Counted from the first letter of the stretch, positions 20,230 through 30,322 are shown. The stretch: DNA of 47,800 nucleotides from an uncultured bacterium (GCA_964526065.1 CAZGID010000001.1:1-47800), one strand, 5' to 3'. The notes: generated by a model not told the origin, from the sequence alone. Numbers and translations are program-made.

Positions 20230-20231
20230 AC

Positions 20232-21575
20232 TTATTTTTCTCCGTTTTCGTGGGCATAAAAAACAAGCCCGCTGGCCAGTTTGGGATAGAAATAGGTGGA
20301 TTTCTGAGCCATTAACTCACGCACCGCGCCCATGTCGCGCAATATCTCAACCCGGGGAGCCGGCAGCACAAAGGCCAGACCGGCCTCCTTTTTTTCCACG
20401 CATGCCTGCGCCTCACCAAAAGAGTGCGTATAGAACAGAACCGATTCCCAGCGTTCTTCCGGAATCCCCCAAAGGGATTTAAGAATCAGATGCGAGACGA
20501 GATTGACGTCGAGACGGTACCATAAATCCGCATGCCCTTCCGGCATCCGGCTTTTTGCCTCTTCAAAATCTTTTAATTCCAAAACAAAGGCCTTGTCCGG
20601 GAAAAGAAGTCCAAAGGACGTTTTACCCCCGGCCGCCTTGGTGATTTCTGTTTCCAGGCTTTCCGCTTTGACCTGCCGGACGGTAAAGCTGGATTCCAGC
20701 GCTTTCATCAAATCGGCTTTGATCTCCGCCACCCCTTCTTTTCGCAAAAGGCGGTGGGTCGGATAAAGCACAAGGCCGGGATCGTGAAATTCCACGAGCG
20801 CCATCATGACATAGTCGGAACCGAGTGAACCGGCGGGAGGATTTCCCGCTTCCCCGCGCTTTTTCATCGCATAATCCAGCGCCGTCTGATAACGGTGATG
20901 TCCGTCCGCAATATAGATTTTTTTACTGCTCAGCAGTTTCCGGATCTTGTCCTGCAATTCCGAATTCTCAAGCGGCCATACGGCGTGCTGCACCCCTTTA
21001 TCATCCGGCACATCAAAGGCCGGCTCCTGCTTCAGGATCTCCTGATACAAAGCCGCCATCGCCTGTTCATTATCTTCATACAGCCCAAACACGGGCGAGA
21101 AATTCACCCGGGCCGTTTCCAGCAACCGCATGCGGTCCGCGCGCGGACGGCTCAGCGTCTTTTCATGCGGAACAACGATTCCTTTGTCAAAGGGCTCCAG
21201 GCGCAAACGACCGATCAGGGCCGTCCGCACACAGTCTTTTCCCGAAACCGGATCGCGAAAAATCTGCCGGTAAAGATAGTAGGCCGGCGTGGTCTCCTGG
21301 GTGAGAACCCCTTCCCTCTGCCATCCGGAGAAAAAGTCGCGGGCGCGCGTATACCCATTCTGTTCAGGAGTGTCTCCGCTTTCCGGACGGTTCAAAATCA
21401 ACCGGATACAGTTATAGGCGGATCTTTCGTAGAGCGCCCCCTGCTCGGCCGGAGAAATCACATCATAGGGAGGAGCCAGCACTTCCCGGTAACTTACTTT
21501 TCCGGAATCGTACCGCCAGCCGTTAAATGGAAGAAATTCCGTCATGATTGCCGTTTGCGGTGAGGATAAAACCAT
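20232..21575 (-). CDS. DUF1015-family protein (function unknown)
   Basis: 447 aa. The N-terminal PFNGWRYD...APPYDVIS signature resembles DUF1015 proteins. The start is uncertain (ATG at 21575 or 21545). Confidence 0.6.
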   Translation of the reverse strand: MVLSSPQTAIMTEFLPFNGWRYDSGKVSYREVLAPPYDVISPAEQGALYERSAYNCIRLILNRPESGDTPEQNGYTRARDFFSGWQREGVLTQETTPAYYLYRQIFRDPVSGKDCVRTALIGRLRLEPFDKGIVVPHEKTLSRPRADRMRLLETARVNFSPVFGLYEDNEQAMAALYQEILKQEPAFDVPDDKGVQHAVWPLENSELQDKIRKLLSSKKIYIADGHHRYQTALDYAMKKRGEAGNPPAGSLGSDYVMMALVEFHDPGLVLYPTHRLLRKEGVAEIKADLMKALESSFTVRQVKAESLETEITKAAGGKTSFGLLFPDKAFVLELKDFEEAKSRMPEGHADLWYRLDVNLVSHLILKSLWGIPEERWESVLFYTHSFGEAQACVEKKEAGLAFVLPAPRVEILRDMGAVRELMAQKSTYFYPKLASGLVFYAHENGEK

Positions 21576-21642
21576 AGGAGGGCGATACTAACATAAGACA
21601 ATTGCTTTGACAAGGCGGCCAGCCCGAGATTAACATGCCGTC

Positions 21643-22047
21643 ATGAAACTTGGGGAAACGTTTTATTTCTATCGCCCGTTTTTGAATTTCCTCATTGTCG
21701 GCATCGCGGCTTTCGCTCTCTTCATTTACACACAGGGTTTGCCGCTGGTATTCCTGTTGATCGGCCCGGCCATTTATATTGCCGATATGCTGCAAAACGT
21801 TTCCCTTCCGCTCGTGCGCAGTTTTGCCGGCACCGGTTTTAATTTCACGCCATTCCAGCTCGACTATTTCGTCCTGCTGCCCGCCACTCTGCTGTACTTT
21901 GGCTTGATCGGATTTTTACTCAGCCACCTGCTGCGGGATGAAGGCTGGCTCCGGAATCTCACCATTTTAGCCCTGTTCGCTTTTGCCGGTTTTCTCCACT
22001 ACATGGCGTGGCAGCAGCTGGAACAGTTCTACATTCCGCGATACTAA
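21643..22047 (+). CDS. Small integral membrane protein, hypothetical
   Basis: 134 aa with about four hydrophobic helices. No recognisable motif. Its stop overlaps the convergent gene by 4 nt. Confidence 0.55.
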   Translation: MKLGETFYFYRPFLNFLIVGIAAFALFIYTQGLPLVFLLIGPAIYIADMLQNVSLPLVRSFAGTGFNFTPFQLDYFVLLPATLLYFGLIGFLLSHLLRDEGWLRNLTILALFAFAGFLHYMAWQQLEQFYIPRY

Positions 22048-22364
22048 CGCACCCGCGCCCCGGACGTCATTGGCCGCTCCGGCACCAGCAGACTGAGCCC
22101 GTTCTCATCCGAAGCTGCGAGCAGCATTCCCTGGGATTCTACGCCCCGGATCACCGCCGGCTCCAGATTGTCCACAATCACGATTCTCTTGCCCGGCAAT
22201 TCGGTTTCCCCGTAAGCCAGGCGAATACCGGCAACAATCTGCTTCTGCACTTCCCCGACACGGATCTTGAGGACATAGAGTTTGTCCGCATTGGGGTGCG
22301 GCGCGGCCTCTTCGATGATGGCGACGCGCAATTCGATTTTCTGAAAGTCTTGAATGGATGCCAT
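22044..22364 (-). CDS. Stand-alone tRNA-binding (OB-fold, CsaA/EMAP-like) domain protein
   Basis: 106 aa. KIELRVAIIEEAAPHPNADKLYVLKIRVG...GVESQGMLLAA matches the tRNA_bind domain of CsaA and of the MetRS C-terminus. AGGAGG SD 6 nt upstream. Confidence 0.8.
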   Translation of the reverse strand: MASIQDFQKIELRVAIIEEAAPHPNADKLYVLKIRVGEVQKQIVAGIRLAYGETELPGKRIVIVDNLEPAVIRGVESQGMLLAASDENGLSLLVPERPMTSGARVR

Positions 22365-22469
22365 GCTGCCTCCTGTTTTAGGGCCCTAACAAGGGTCCGC
22401 ATTTGATATTATAGGACTATTGAAATGCAACTCTTTTATTTACAATAGGTTACTAGCCATGCTTTTTGC

Positions 22470-22498
22470 TTGCTTTCGCTCCGTTCAGTGCTTATAAT
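22470..22498 (+). promoter_or_regulatory. Sigma70-like promoter candidate for the inositol operon
   Basis: TTGCTT (22470-22475), a 17-nt spacer, then consensus TATAAT (22493-22498), 62 nt upstream of the ino1 ATG. GGAGG SD at 22545-22549. Confidence 0.45.
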
Positions 22499-22560
22499 CA
22501 TCGCGTTTTTCATCTCTCAAGCGACCCTTCTGATTCTCTTTTACGGAGGAAATACAAAAC

Positions 22561-23667
22561 ATGGGAAAAATCAAAATCGCCATTGCCGGTGTTGGAAACT
22601 GCGCCGCATCCCTTATTCAGGGAATTGAATATTATCGTGCCAGTGTCAACGGCAATAAGAAAAAAGAACATCTGGGACTCATGAATTATGACATGGGAGG
22701 GTATTTCCCGGAAGACATCGAAGTGGTCGCCGCATTTGATATCGACAATCGCAAAGTCGGCCAGCGTTTTGATGCCGCATTGAATGCCAAACCCAATTGC
22801 GTCCTGCCCCTTTTCACCAATATCCCCAAAAGCAAGGTTCAGGTTCAGATGGGTCCGGTTCTGGACGGCTTTGCTGATCATATGCGGGATTACCCGGAAG
22901 AACGCACTTTTATCCCCTCAAAAGCGAAGCCGGTCAAAGTGGAAAAAGTGCTCAAAGACACCGGCGCGGAAATTCTGATTAACTACCTGCCGGTCGGTTC
23001 CCAGAAGGGTACGGAATATTACGCCGAAGCCTGTTTGAAAGCGGGCGTCAGTTTTATTAACTGCATGCCGGTTTTTATCGTTTCAAATCCGGAATGGGCG
23101 AAACGCTTCCAGGACAAGCGTATTCCCTGCATCGGCGACGACATCAAGGCCCAGATCGGTGCCACCATCGTTCACCGCACGCTGGCGAAGCTGTTCTCGG
23201 ACCGCGGCGTTAAAATTGACCGCACGTATCAGTTGAACACGGGCGGCAACACGGATTTCCTCAACATGCTCAACCGGTCGCGTCTGGCGTCGAAGAAAAT
23301 TTCGAAGACGGCGGCGGTACAGAGCCAGTTGATCGAACCGCTGGCAGAAGAGAACATCCACATCGGTCCTTCGGACTATGTTCCCTGGCAGAATGATAAT
23401 AAGGTCTGTTATCTGCGCATGGAAGGCCGCGGCTTTGCGGGATTCCCGATGAATCTGGAATTGCGTCTTTCGGTCGAGGATTCGCCCAACAGTGCCGGCT
23501 GCGGCATTGATGCCATTCGCGCCTGCCGGATTGCCCGCGACCGCAAGATCGGCGGTCCGCTGATTTCCATTTCGGCCTACACGATGAAGCATCCGCCGAA
23601 ACAGATTCCGGACACCGAAGCCCGCGACCTGGTAAAGAAATTTGTTCAGGGAACCTGCCCCCGGTAA
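22561..23667 (+). CDS. ino1: myo-Inositol-3-phosphate synthase (Ino1 type)
   Basis: 368 aa. The N-terminus KIAIAGVGNCAASLIQGIEYY closely resembles the actinobacterial Ino1 Rossmann motif (VGNCASSLVQGVEYY). Size and layout fit the bacterial/archaeal MIPS family. Confidence 0.85.
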   Translation: MGKIKIAIAGVGNCAASLIQGIEYYRASVNGNKKKEHLGLMNYDMGGYFPEDIEVVAAFDIDNRKVGQRFDAALNAKPNCVLPLFTNIPKSKVQVQMGPVLDGFADHMRDYPEERTFIPSKAKPVKVEKVLKDTGAEILINYLPVGSQKGTEYYAEACLKAGVSFINCMPVFIVSNPEWAKRFQDKRIPCIGDDIKAQIGATIVHRTLAKLFSDRGVKIDRTYQLNTGGNTDFLNMLNRSRLASKKISKTAAVQSQLIEPLAEENIHIGPSDYVPWQNDNKVCYLRMEGRGFAGFPMNLELRLSVEDSPNSAGCGIDAIRACRIARDRKIGGPLISISAYTMKHPPKQIPDTEARDLVKKFVQGTCPR

Positions 23668-23672
23668 AAACC

Positions 23673-24281
23673 ATGCTGCGTAAAGCGGTTTATCCAAAGA
23701 TCGAAGCGACCATTAACGCGGCCGCTCGTTTTCTGGATAGCAAAGGCCTCACCCCGAATCAGCTGACCCTGGGCGGCCTCGCCTTAAACTTCATCACCGG
23801 TCTGGTTTTTGCCAACGGGCTTTTCTTTCTCGGCGGGCTGCTGATGCTGCTGGCCGGCATTGGAGACATGCTGGACGGCCCGTTGGCGCGCGTGACGGGA
23901 CGTGCGTCACGCTTCGGCGCTTTTCTTGACTCCACGGTCGACCGGTACTCTGATTTTTTTCTTTTCTCAGGAATTGCGCTGTTCTATGCCAAAAGCGGTC
24001 TGGGCGGCGCCTTTCTCCTGGTTATGGCCATTTTGATGGGCTCTTTTGTCACCAGTTACGCCAAGGCACGAGCTGAAAATCTGATTCCTGCCTGTGGCGT
24101 GGGAATCTTTGAAAGAACAGAACGCATTCTGGTTCTGGCGGTGGGCACCCTTATTACGCCTTTGCTTCCGCTGGCCCTCTGGGTGCTCGCGATCGGCACC
24201 AATGCCACGGCCATTCACCGGATCGTTTATACCCGCAAATTCCTTTCCGACAACGCCGCCTCGTTTGACAAACAGCCCTGA
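23673..24281 (+). CDS. CDP-alcohol phosphatidyltransferase, probable phosphatidylinositol-phosphate synthase
   Basis: 202 aa, polytopic. Exact CDP-OH motif D-G-x2-A-R-x8-G-x3-D-x3-D in DGPLARVTGRASRFGAFLDSTVD. It starts 5 nt after the ino1 stop. Substrate assignment is by gene context only. Confidence 0.75.
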   Translation: MLRKAVYPKIEATINAAARFLDSKGLTPNQLTLGGLALNFITGLVFANGLFFLGGLLMLLAGIGDMLDGPLARVTGRASRFGAFLDSTVDRYSDFFLFSGIALFYAKSGLGGAFLLVMAILMGSFVTSYAKARAENLIPACGVGIFERTERILVLAVGTLITPLLPLALWVLAIGTNATAIHRIVYTRKFLSDNAASFDKQP

Positions 24282-24346
24282 TCGGGCGGCTTTCAAGTTT
24301 CGTTTCAAAGCGCCGAAAATAAGATAAACATTCCGCAGGGATTTTT

Positions 24347-25195
24347 ATGTCAAAACGGCTTCTTTCCTTTTTACTTTTTCTGACCTGTCTTGTTCCGCCT
24401 CCGGTTATTTTAAAGGCCGCCCCGCTCACCGACGTGGCACCCATTATTCGCCAAATTGAGTTGCGGCGGGGAAACTGGACCGCCATGCGCGCGGATCTTT
24501 CGCTTGTCTTTGTCACGGAATTCGGCCAGAGCGCCTCCTGTCAGGCCCGTCTGGTCTATGAGCGGCTTGATGAGCAGCTCCTGCTGCATTGCCGCAATCC
24601 CTCTGGCAAGCTGCTCTTTACTTTCCGGACGCAGGACCGCTTCTTTTCGCTTTATCTGGTGGATCAAAACCGGGTCTATGAGGGAGACATTCTGGACTTA
24701 CAGAACAACCCGGAAATCGAATCGCATCTCCGGCCGCTGGATCTTTACCGCGCTTTGAAACCCATTACCATGGCGGAAGGCGAAACGCTGGTCGAATCTG
24801 TCGGGGCCAACTGGGTGACGCTGCAGATCTGGCGCCAGAGCGCCACTAACCAGTATTTGTCGCGGCGGCTCTTTGTCTCGCCCGAAGGCGACGTGTTAAA
24901 AGAGAATTTTTATCAGCCGGACCAAATGCCTTCGATGACGATTGAACGAAGTGAATTTTACCGGTTCTTTTCCCCCGTCCGGGATTTTCGCGAACCTGTG
25001 ATCTATCCCCGCCGGATTCTGGTGGAATCGGCCGAACCTTCCCGCAGTGTGTTGTTGCTATTCGAAGAGATCCGCTTTTTTTCCCTGCTGGATCAACAGG
25101 ATTGGTCGCTGGGCGCGCCTTCAAATGCGGAAGTAGTGAAAGTAGAACCGCTCGTGGAATCCGATCCGGCTGATGGGCCGGGATCAGTGAATTAA
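24347..25195 (+). CDS. Exported protein, hypothetical
   Basis: 282 aa. N-terminal signal peptide MSKRLLSFLLFLTCLVPPPVILKA/AP. No catalytic motif. It lies 65 nt downstream of the CDP-alcohol transferase on the same strand. Confidence 0.6.
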   Translation: MSKRLLSFLLFLTCLVPPPVILKAAPLTDVAPIIRQIELRRGNWTAMRADLSLVFVTEFGQSASCQARLVYERLDEQLLLHCRNPSGKLLFTFRTQDRFFSLYLVDQNRVYEGDILDLQNNPEIESHLRPLDLYRALKPITMAEGETLVESVGANWVTLQIWRQSATNQYLSRRLFVSPEGDVLKENFYQPDQMPSMTIERSEFYRFFSPVRDFREPVIYPRRILVESAEPSRSVLLLFEEIRFFSLLDQQDWSLGAPSNAEVVKVEPLVESDPADGPGSVN

Positions 25196-25729
25196 AACCG
25201 CCGCCGCCAGTACGGTTGTCCAGTTGCCATTCTTATCCCCGCGGGCACTCTGGGTAATGGCCGTCGTCTTCACAATCTCATTGGAAATTTTCCAGATTTC
25301 CTTGCGGGTGTCATAACTGGCATCCGGATCAAATTTAACGCCCAGAATAGTGGCCAGCATACTGGCCGCCAGATCCTCGGCATAATCTCCGGTTTTCTTT
25401 TCATTCTGCCCGTACGTGTGCACTTCGGCCAGATAACCGTATTGTTCCGGCTTTTTCGGGATCGCCACACCTACGGAGGACGCAATCAGGCGGTTCGGTT
25501 CATTGGTCGCACAATCGGCCACCACCGTAAAAAGCACCTGTCCGGGCGTTAGGTATTTCAATCCTGCTTTCCGGGAAATCATTTTGCAAAAGGGCGGATA
25601 AATACTGGAAACTCGGACGATATTGAAGGGCGCAATCCCGGCATCCCGAAGCGCCGACTCATAGCTGGAAAGCTTCTCGCGGTGAACGCCGACCCCTTTG
25701 GTCAAAAACAGTTTACTGGGAAGAATCAC
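25184..25729 (-). CDS. pdaD: Pyruvoyl-dependent arginine decarboxylase
   Basis: 181 aa. N-terminal FLTKGVG and the self-cleavage region NIVRVSSIYPP (Ser-Ser) typical of PvlArgDC. GTG start overlapping the upstream stop (GTGA). Confidence 0.85.
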   Translation of the reverse strand: MILPSKLFLTKGVGVHREKLSSYESALRDAGIAPFNIVRVSSIYPPFCKMISRKAGLKYLTPGQVLFTVVADCATNEPNRLIASSVGVAIPKKPEQYGYLAEVHTYGQNEKKTGDYAEDLAASMLATILGVKFDPDASYDTRKEIWKISNEIVKTTAITQSARGDKNGNWTTVLAAAVLIH

Positions 25730-26163
25730 GCATCGGCTCCTTCTTTTAATGAATATTCGGTTGTGCGGATTTCATCGGCCGTACGAAAGCCGGAGATTTT
25801 TGATTCTCCCCGCTTCCAGACATAAAAAATCTGCCGGCCGTTCTTTTCCGCCGGAAACTCCACGACACCGTTTTCCAGACTGCGAATCACGCAGCCGAGA
25901 GCATGCACTTTTTCGATTTCCTTCTTCAACGAATAAATCTCGTTTTCCAGCTCACTGATTTCTTTTTCATAATCCCGTTCCGGCTCTTCCGGCGCACAAA
26001 CTTTCTGTGTTCTTTCCGCCTGGGAAATCAATTCATGAAAAAGCAGAACATCATGACGGCGGTCGTACACATCCTTAAGCTGACGGATATTCTCAAGCAA
26101 ATCCGTAATTTCAGGCAGAATAGCATTCGCTTCATCGAGAGAAAAAAGACGGGAACGCTGCAT
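25726..26163 (-). CDS. DUF2203-like small protein (function unknown)
   Basis: I place the start at ATG 26163 (MQRSRLFSLDEANAILPEI...), giving 145 aa. This ATG overlaps the amidohydrolase stop (TGATG). The longer track ORF (to 26382) would lie inside the amidohydrolase gene. The N-terminal LFSLDEANAILP pattern resembles DUF2203. Confidence 0.55.
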   Translation of the reverse strand: MQRSRLFSLDEANAILPEITDLLENIRQLKDVYDRRHDVLLFHELISQAERTQKVCAPEEPERDYEKEISELENEIYSLKKEIEKVHALGCVIRSLENGVVEFPAEKNGRQIFYVWKRGESKISGFRTADEIRTTEYSLKEGADA

Positions 26164-26891
26164 CAAAGGCCTCCAAAAATGCGGAGAGGATTTTCGGAAA
26201 AAATTGTGTCCCAGGCTTTCTGATTTCGGGCAAGAATGATTTCGTACTTCATCATTTCGAGCCGGGGATGTGAATACGGCATGTCGGAACCAAACACCAC
26301 TTTTTTCGCGCCTGCTTTGCGCACCAGATAGTCGGTCCTGAACCAGGAAAGCGTGGACGTATCCAGATAAACATTCCGGCATCGCAAGGCGATTTCGGCC
26401 GCTTCCCGGTAAGTATCTTTTCCCGAGTGCCCTAGAATAAAAGAAATTTTTTTATATCTCAAGAAAATTCCTTCCCACGCGGAAGGCCGGCAATGATCTT
26501 CATGCGATGTATGCAGCATCACGGGCATGCCGTGCTTTTCCACCTCGCCCAAAAGGTCCCGGGCGACCGTCGCCGTAAAATGATCGGAGCGGGGATGCAG
26601 CTTCACGCCGCGAAACCCTTTACGGGCATTGCGTGCCAGCTCGTCATAGGCCGCTTTTTCATTGGGATTGAGCCGGCAGAACGGCAGTACGTGGCGATGG
26701 CGGGCCGCAACGGCCGCCACACGCGCATTGGTCCGCCGGTAGCTCGGTCCGGGATCGGGCTCGTCGATCGGGAAAAGCACCAGATGCGAGAAAGGAAGAT
26801 CCTGGTAGGTTGTCTCAAGCCGCTTCCAGGTGGCCCAGCCGCCGTCCCGCGACCGGCCCAGATGCACATGCATATCCACCAGAGGTTTCAT
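26163..26891 (-). CDS. Amidohydrolase-2 / COG2159-type metal-dependent TIM-barrel hydrolase
   Basis: About 242 aa. N-terminal metal-binding DMHVHL, later HTSH and VFGSDMPY. The ATG at 26891 overlaps the upstream stop by one base (TGATG); an alternative TTG lies at 26894. Confidence 0.7.
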   Translation of the reverse strand: MKPLVDMHVHLGRSRDGGWATWKRLETTYQDLPFSHLVLFPIDEPDPGPSYRRTNARVAAVAARHRHVLPFCRLNPNEKAAYDELARNARKGFRGVKLHPRSDHFTATVARDLLGEVEKHGMPVMLHTSHEDHCRPSAWEGIFLRYKKISFILGHSGKDTYREAAEIALRCRNVYLDTSTLSWFRTDYLVRKAGAKKVVFGSDMPYSHPRLEMMKYEIILARNQKAWDTIFSENPLRIFGGL

Positions 26892-28282
26892 CAAAGGCTT
26901 TCCCGCTCCGGCGCCTGATCCGGCACCATCGTGGGAATCAGGCCGCCGCCGCGCGAGACATTGATGACGCTTTCACTGCTCAGGCGGGAAAAGCCGCCGG
27001 CATAGCGGCCGCCAAAAACCAGAATATTAAAATTGTACTTTTTATAATCCAGCTCCAGCTTGCCGTTAACGACCGCCGGCACCGTCAGGATCGGGAGGTT
27101 GACATATTCCTGAACCACCCAGTCGCCCTTAAGCGCCCGGTCAATCGTTTCATTCCACTGAGCATCCGGCGTTTCGCACCCGATGGTGACGTCCTTTCCG
27201 CCGTAACTGCAGGAAGGCTTCAAAACCAGAGTTTCTTTTTCATCCTTCAAAAAGTCGATCAAATAAATCTTCTTGCGTCCGTAAAAATCTTCGGCATCCA
27301 CCAGCCGCCGCGTCCAGGGAATAAATTCCCGCTTTACCTTGTTTTCCGCTTCAGTGAAATAGTGATCGTATTCCGAGTTGGTGAGAATAGAAAGCAGGGC
27401 TTTAGTCCCGGCCAGCCGGGAGCGCAAGGGGTTGGCAATGCAAACGGCCTGCTCGCGGTACGCTTTAATCATATCCTGCACCTCATCGAGCCGCTCCAGT
27501 AGTTCTTCAAAAATCACGCGCCGCAGAATCAACCGGATGTGTGTCTCTTTGTAATACAGTTTCCCGCCCCGGTAACGCAGATCGCGCGGATCGGCAATGA
27601 AAGTCCGGTAGCCGCGCGACTCAAAATAAGCCTGCAAATATTCGAACTCCGGCCGTGTCCGAACCGTCCGCCAGTCGACAATGGCAATATTCGGCGTTTC
27701 AAATCCGCCAAACTCCTCATAAGCCCCCAGCAAGGCATCGAGAATACTCTGGGCGCGGGTATTGGCACGCAGGTGATGTTCCCGGATGAAGTCCTGAAGC
27801 GGCTCTTCCTGAAGCAGAATCTGCTCCACCTGATCGGTGTAAGCAGCGCCCGCCGGCGAATCACAATTGAATTCGACCAGTTTCAAGCTCTGGCCTTCCA
27901 GAATGGCGTCGTACCGGGAAAAAACAACGGTCTGGGAATAGCCGGGATCGATACTGATCAGATCGGCGGCCTCGGGCTTGAGACGGAAAACATAGGAAAG
28001 ATGCTTTTCTTCGAAGTAAAGCCGCGTCGCCATGGTAATCACCTGGGAGAACGTGCGCGCGACTTTTTTCAGAAGCATTTCCTGTTCCGGTTGAACAAGA
28101 AAAGGTTTATAGAAGGTCGGGATGGTGAAGCGGCCGTAGCGGAAATAGGAATTGTCGAGCTTTTTGAAAAACCGGGGGAACGCCTTGATTACCTCAGGCG
28201 CGTGCGCCGTGAGGTATTCGTCATAAGCGTGATTGAGATTTTGACTCATACTTTCCGGAGTAAACCCGGAGCATGGTTTCAC
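26891..28282 (-). CDS. ATP-grasp amidoligase, glutathionylspermidine-synthase-like / circularly permuted type
   Basis: About 452-463 aa. [24 protein letters not shown] matches the R-x-D...KLxExNxDxP pattern of GspS-type ligases. [17 protein letters not shown] and DWVVQEYV are ATP-grasp-like. The start is GTG 28282 or ATG 28249, both inside the sucD 3' end. Confidence 0.5.
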   Translation of the reverse strand: MKPCSGFTPESMSQNLNHAYDEYLTAHAPEVIKAFPRFFKKLDNSYFRYGRFTIPTFYKPFLVQPEQEMLLKKVARTFSQVITMATRLYFEEKHLSYVFRLKPEAADLISIDPGYSQTVVFSRYDAILEGQSLKLVEFNCDSPAGAAYTDQVEQILLQEEPLQDFIREHHLRANTRAQSILDALLGAYEEFGGFETPNIAIVDWRTVRTRPEFEYLQAYFESRGYRTFIADPRDLRYRGGKLYYKETHIRLILRRVIFEELLERLDEVQDMIKAYREQAVCIANPLRSRLAGTKALLSILTNSEYDHYFTEAENKVKREFIPWTRRLVDAEDFYGRKKIYLIDFLKDEKETLVLKPSCSYGGKDVTIGCETPDAQWNETIDRALKGDWVVQEYVNLPILTVPAVVNGKLELDYKKYNFNILVFGGRYAGGFSRLSSESVINVSRGGGLIPTMVPDQAPERESL

Positions 28283-29123
28283 CGATCACGTCCGGTCTGT
28301 AGGCGACCGTGACGCCGGCCGCTTCCAGACGCTGAATCTTGTCCTGCGCCTTGCCGCTGCCACCGGAAATAATGGCGCCGGCATGCCCCATCCGCTTTCC
28401 CGGAGGCGCCGTGCTGCCCGCGATAAATGCAACCACAGGTTTGGTCACATGGGATTCGATATATTCCGCCGCTTCTTCTTCGGCACTGCCGCCGATTTCT
28501 CCAATCAGCACAATGGCTTTGGTTTCCGGATCGGCTTCAAATAATTGCAGGGCGTCAACAAAGTTGGTTCCGACAATCGCATCGCCGCCGATTCCGATGC
28601 AGGTAGATTGGCCGAGATTGCGTTCGCTGAGCTGCCAGACGGCTTCGTAGGTGAGCGTTCCGCTGCGGGATACCAGCCCGATCGGACCCGGCTTGTGGAT
28701 ATATCCCGGCATGATTCCGATTTTGCACTGATCCGGCGTAATAATACCGGGACAGTTCGGGCCGATCAGCCGCACTTTTTTACTGCGCAGCCAGCTTTCA
28801 ACCCGGGCCATTTCAATCGCGGGAATGCCTTCCGTAATACAAATCACAAGTTCAATGCCGGCTTCCGCCGCTTCGCGGATCGCGGCGACGGCAAATTTGG
28901 CCGGAACATAAATCACCGAGGCATTGGCACCCGTCGCCTCCCGGGCTTCACGCACCGTATTAAAAACGGGAACGCCTTCGACTTTCTGTCCTGCTTTGCC
29001 CGGCGTGACCCCGCCGACAATTTTTGTCCCATACTCCAGCATCTGCTTTGTGTGAAAAGAGCCGTGCCCGCCGGTAATCCCCTGCACCAGAACCCGTGTC
29101 TCGCGATTGACCAATACGCTCAT
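28221..29123 (-). CDS. sucD: Succinyl-CoA synthetase alpha subunit
   Basis: 300 aa. [15 protein letters not shown] and the phosphohistidine loop [15 protein letters not shown] overlap with sucC. Confidence 0.95.
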   Translation of the reverse strand: MSVLVNRETRVLVQGITGGHGSFHTKQMLEYGTKIVGGVTPGKAGQKVEGVPVFNTVREAREATGANASVIYVPAKFAVAAIREAAEAGIELVICITEGIPAIEMARVESWLRSKKVRLIGPNCPGIITPDQCKIGIMPGYIHKPGPIGLVSRSGTLTYEAVWQLSERNLGQSTCIGIGGDAIVGTNFVDALQLFEADPETKAIVLIGEIGGSAEEEAAEYIESHVTKPVVAFIAGSTAPPGKRMGHAGAIISGGSGKAQDKIQRLEAAGVTVAYRPDVIGETMLRVYSGKYESKSQSRL

Positions 29124-30307
29124 GAGGCCGCCTCCACCACTTTACGCGCCGCATCTTCAAAGCTGGAAGCAGAAATCAGCTCCATTTTAGAGGCTTCCAG
29201 AATTTCTTTTCCCTTCTTCACATTGGTGCCTTCCAGCCGCACGACGATGGGCACTTTCCGCGAGGCAGTTTCTTTGTTCTGCTTCAATTCTTCCACCGCG
29301 GCCAGAATGCCTTCCGCCACCACATCGCAGCGCATAATCCCGCCGAAAATATTGACCAGAATCGCCCGCACATTGGGATCGGTCAAAATGATTTTGAATC
29401 CCGCCGCCACTTTTTCCTTATTGGCGCCGCCGCCGACGTCGAGGAAATTGGCCGGTTCCCCGCCGGCATACTTAATAATGTCCATCGTTGCCATGGCCAG
29501 CCCGGCCCCGTTTACAATGCAGCCGATATTTCCGTCCAAACCGACATAGCTCAGATCGAATTTCTTGGCTTCCACTTCGCGCGGGTCATCCTGACTCGGA
29601 TCATGCAAAGCCGCGATCTCCGGCTGGCGGTATAACGCGTTGTCGTCAATGTTGATCTTGGCATCAATGGCAACGACCTCACCGGATTCCATGATGGCCA
29701 GCGGGTTGATTTCGATCAGTGAGGCGTCCTTCTCAAGAAAGATACGGGCAATGGCAGTAAAAATGGCCGCAAACTGTTTGGCCTGATCTGCCGGCAGATT
29801 CAGACGCGCTGCCAGGGCCTCGGCGTCTTTTCCGGACAATCCCTCAACCGCAGAAAAGTGCTGTTTAAGAATTTTTTCAGGGGAATGGATCGCGACTTCT
29901 TCAATTTCCATGCCGCCGGCTTCCGAGAGGATCAGGCAGGGGGCTTTGCAGGAGCGATCCAGCACGACGCTGGCGTAGTATTCCTTGCGGATGGGACTGG
30001 TGACCTCAATCAGAACCTGATTGGTCGGCTTGCCTTCAGGACCCGTTTGCGGCGTCACAAGCTGTTTGCCCAGCAGCGCCGCCGCTACATCGCGAACTTC
30101 TTCGGGCTTTTTAACGAGCTTCACGCCGCCGCCTTTACCGCGGGCACCCGCATGAATCTGCGCTTTCACAACAAAGGATTTACCGCTTTCAGCAATGTCG
30201 CGGCTGGCCTGAAGCGCTTCTTCCGGCGTGCGGGCCACCCGGCCCGGGTGAATCGGGATCCCGTATTGTTCGAAAATGGCTTTGGCCTGGAATTCGTGGA
30301 TATTCAA
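29120..30307 (-). CDS. sucC: Succinyl-CoA synthetase beta subunit
   Basis: 395 aa. Canonical N-terminus [18 protein letters not shown], an ATP-grasp fold, and a C-terminal CoA-ligase domain ([10 protein letters not shown]). Confidence 0.95.
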   Translation of the reverse strand: MNIHEFQAKAIFEQYGIPIHPGRVARTPEEALQASRDIAESGKSFVVKAQIHAGARGKGGGVKLVKKPEEVRDVAAALLGKQLVTPQTGPEGKPTNQVLIEVTSPIRKEYYASVVLDRSCKAPCLILSEAGGMEIEEVAIHSPEKILKQHFSAVEGLSGKDAEALAARLNLPADQAKQFAAIFTAIARIFLEKDASLIEINPLAIMESGEVVAIDAKINIDDNALYRQPEIAALHDPSQDDPREVEAKKFDLSYVGLDGNIGCIVNGAGLAMATMDIIKYAGGEPANFLDVGGGANKEKVAAGFKIILTDPNVRAILVNIFGGIMRCDVVAEGILAAVEELKQNKETASRKVPIVVRLEGTNVKKGKEILEASKMELISASSFEDAARKVVEAAS

Positions 30308-30322
30308 GGAAAACGACCTGTC

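Noticed and set aside
26164-26382. A 73-codon N-terminal extension of the DUF2203-like ORF (track ORF 25726-26382).
   Set aside because: The extension lies wholly inside the 3' part of the amidohydrolase gene in another frame. The internal ATG at 26163 overlaps that gene's stop codon (TGATG), matching the coupling seen at the other junctions. It also begins the conserved LFSLDEANAILP N-terminus.
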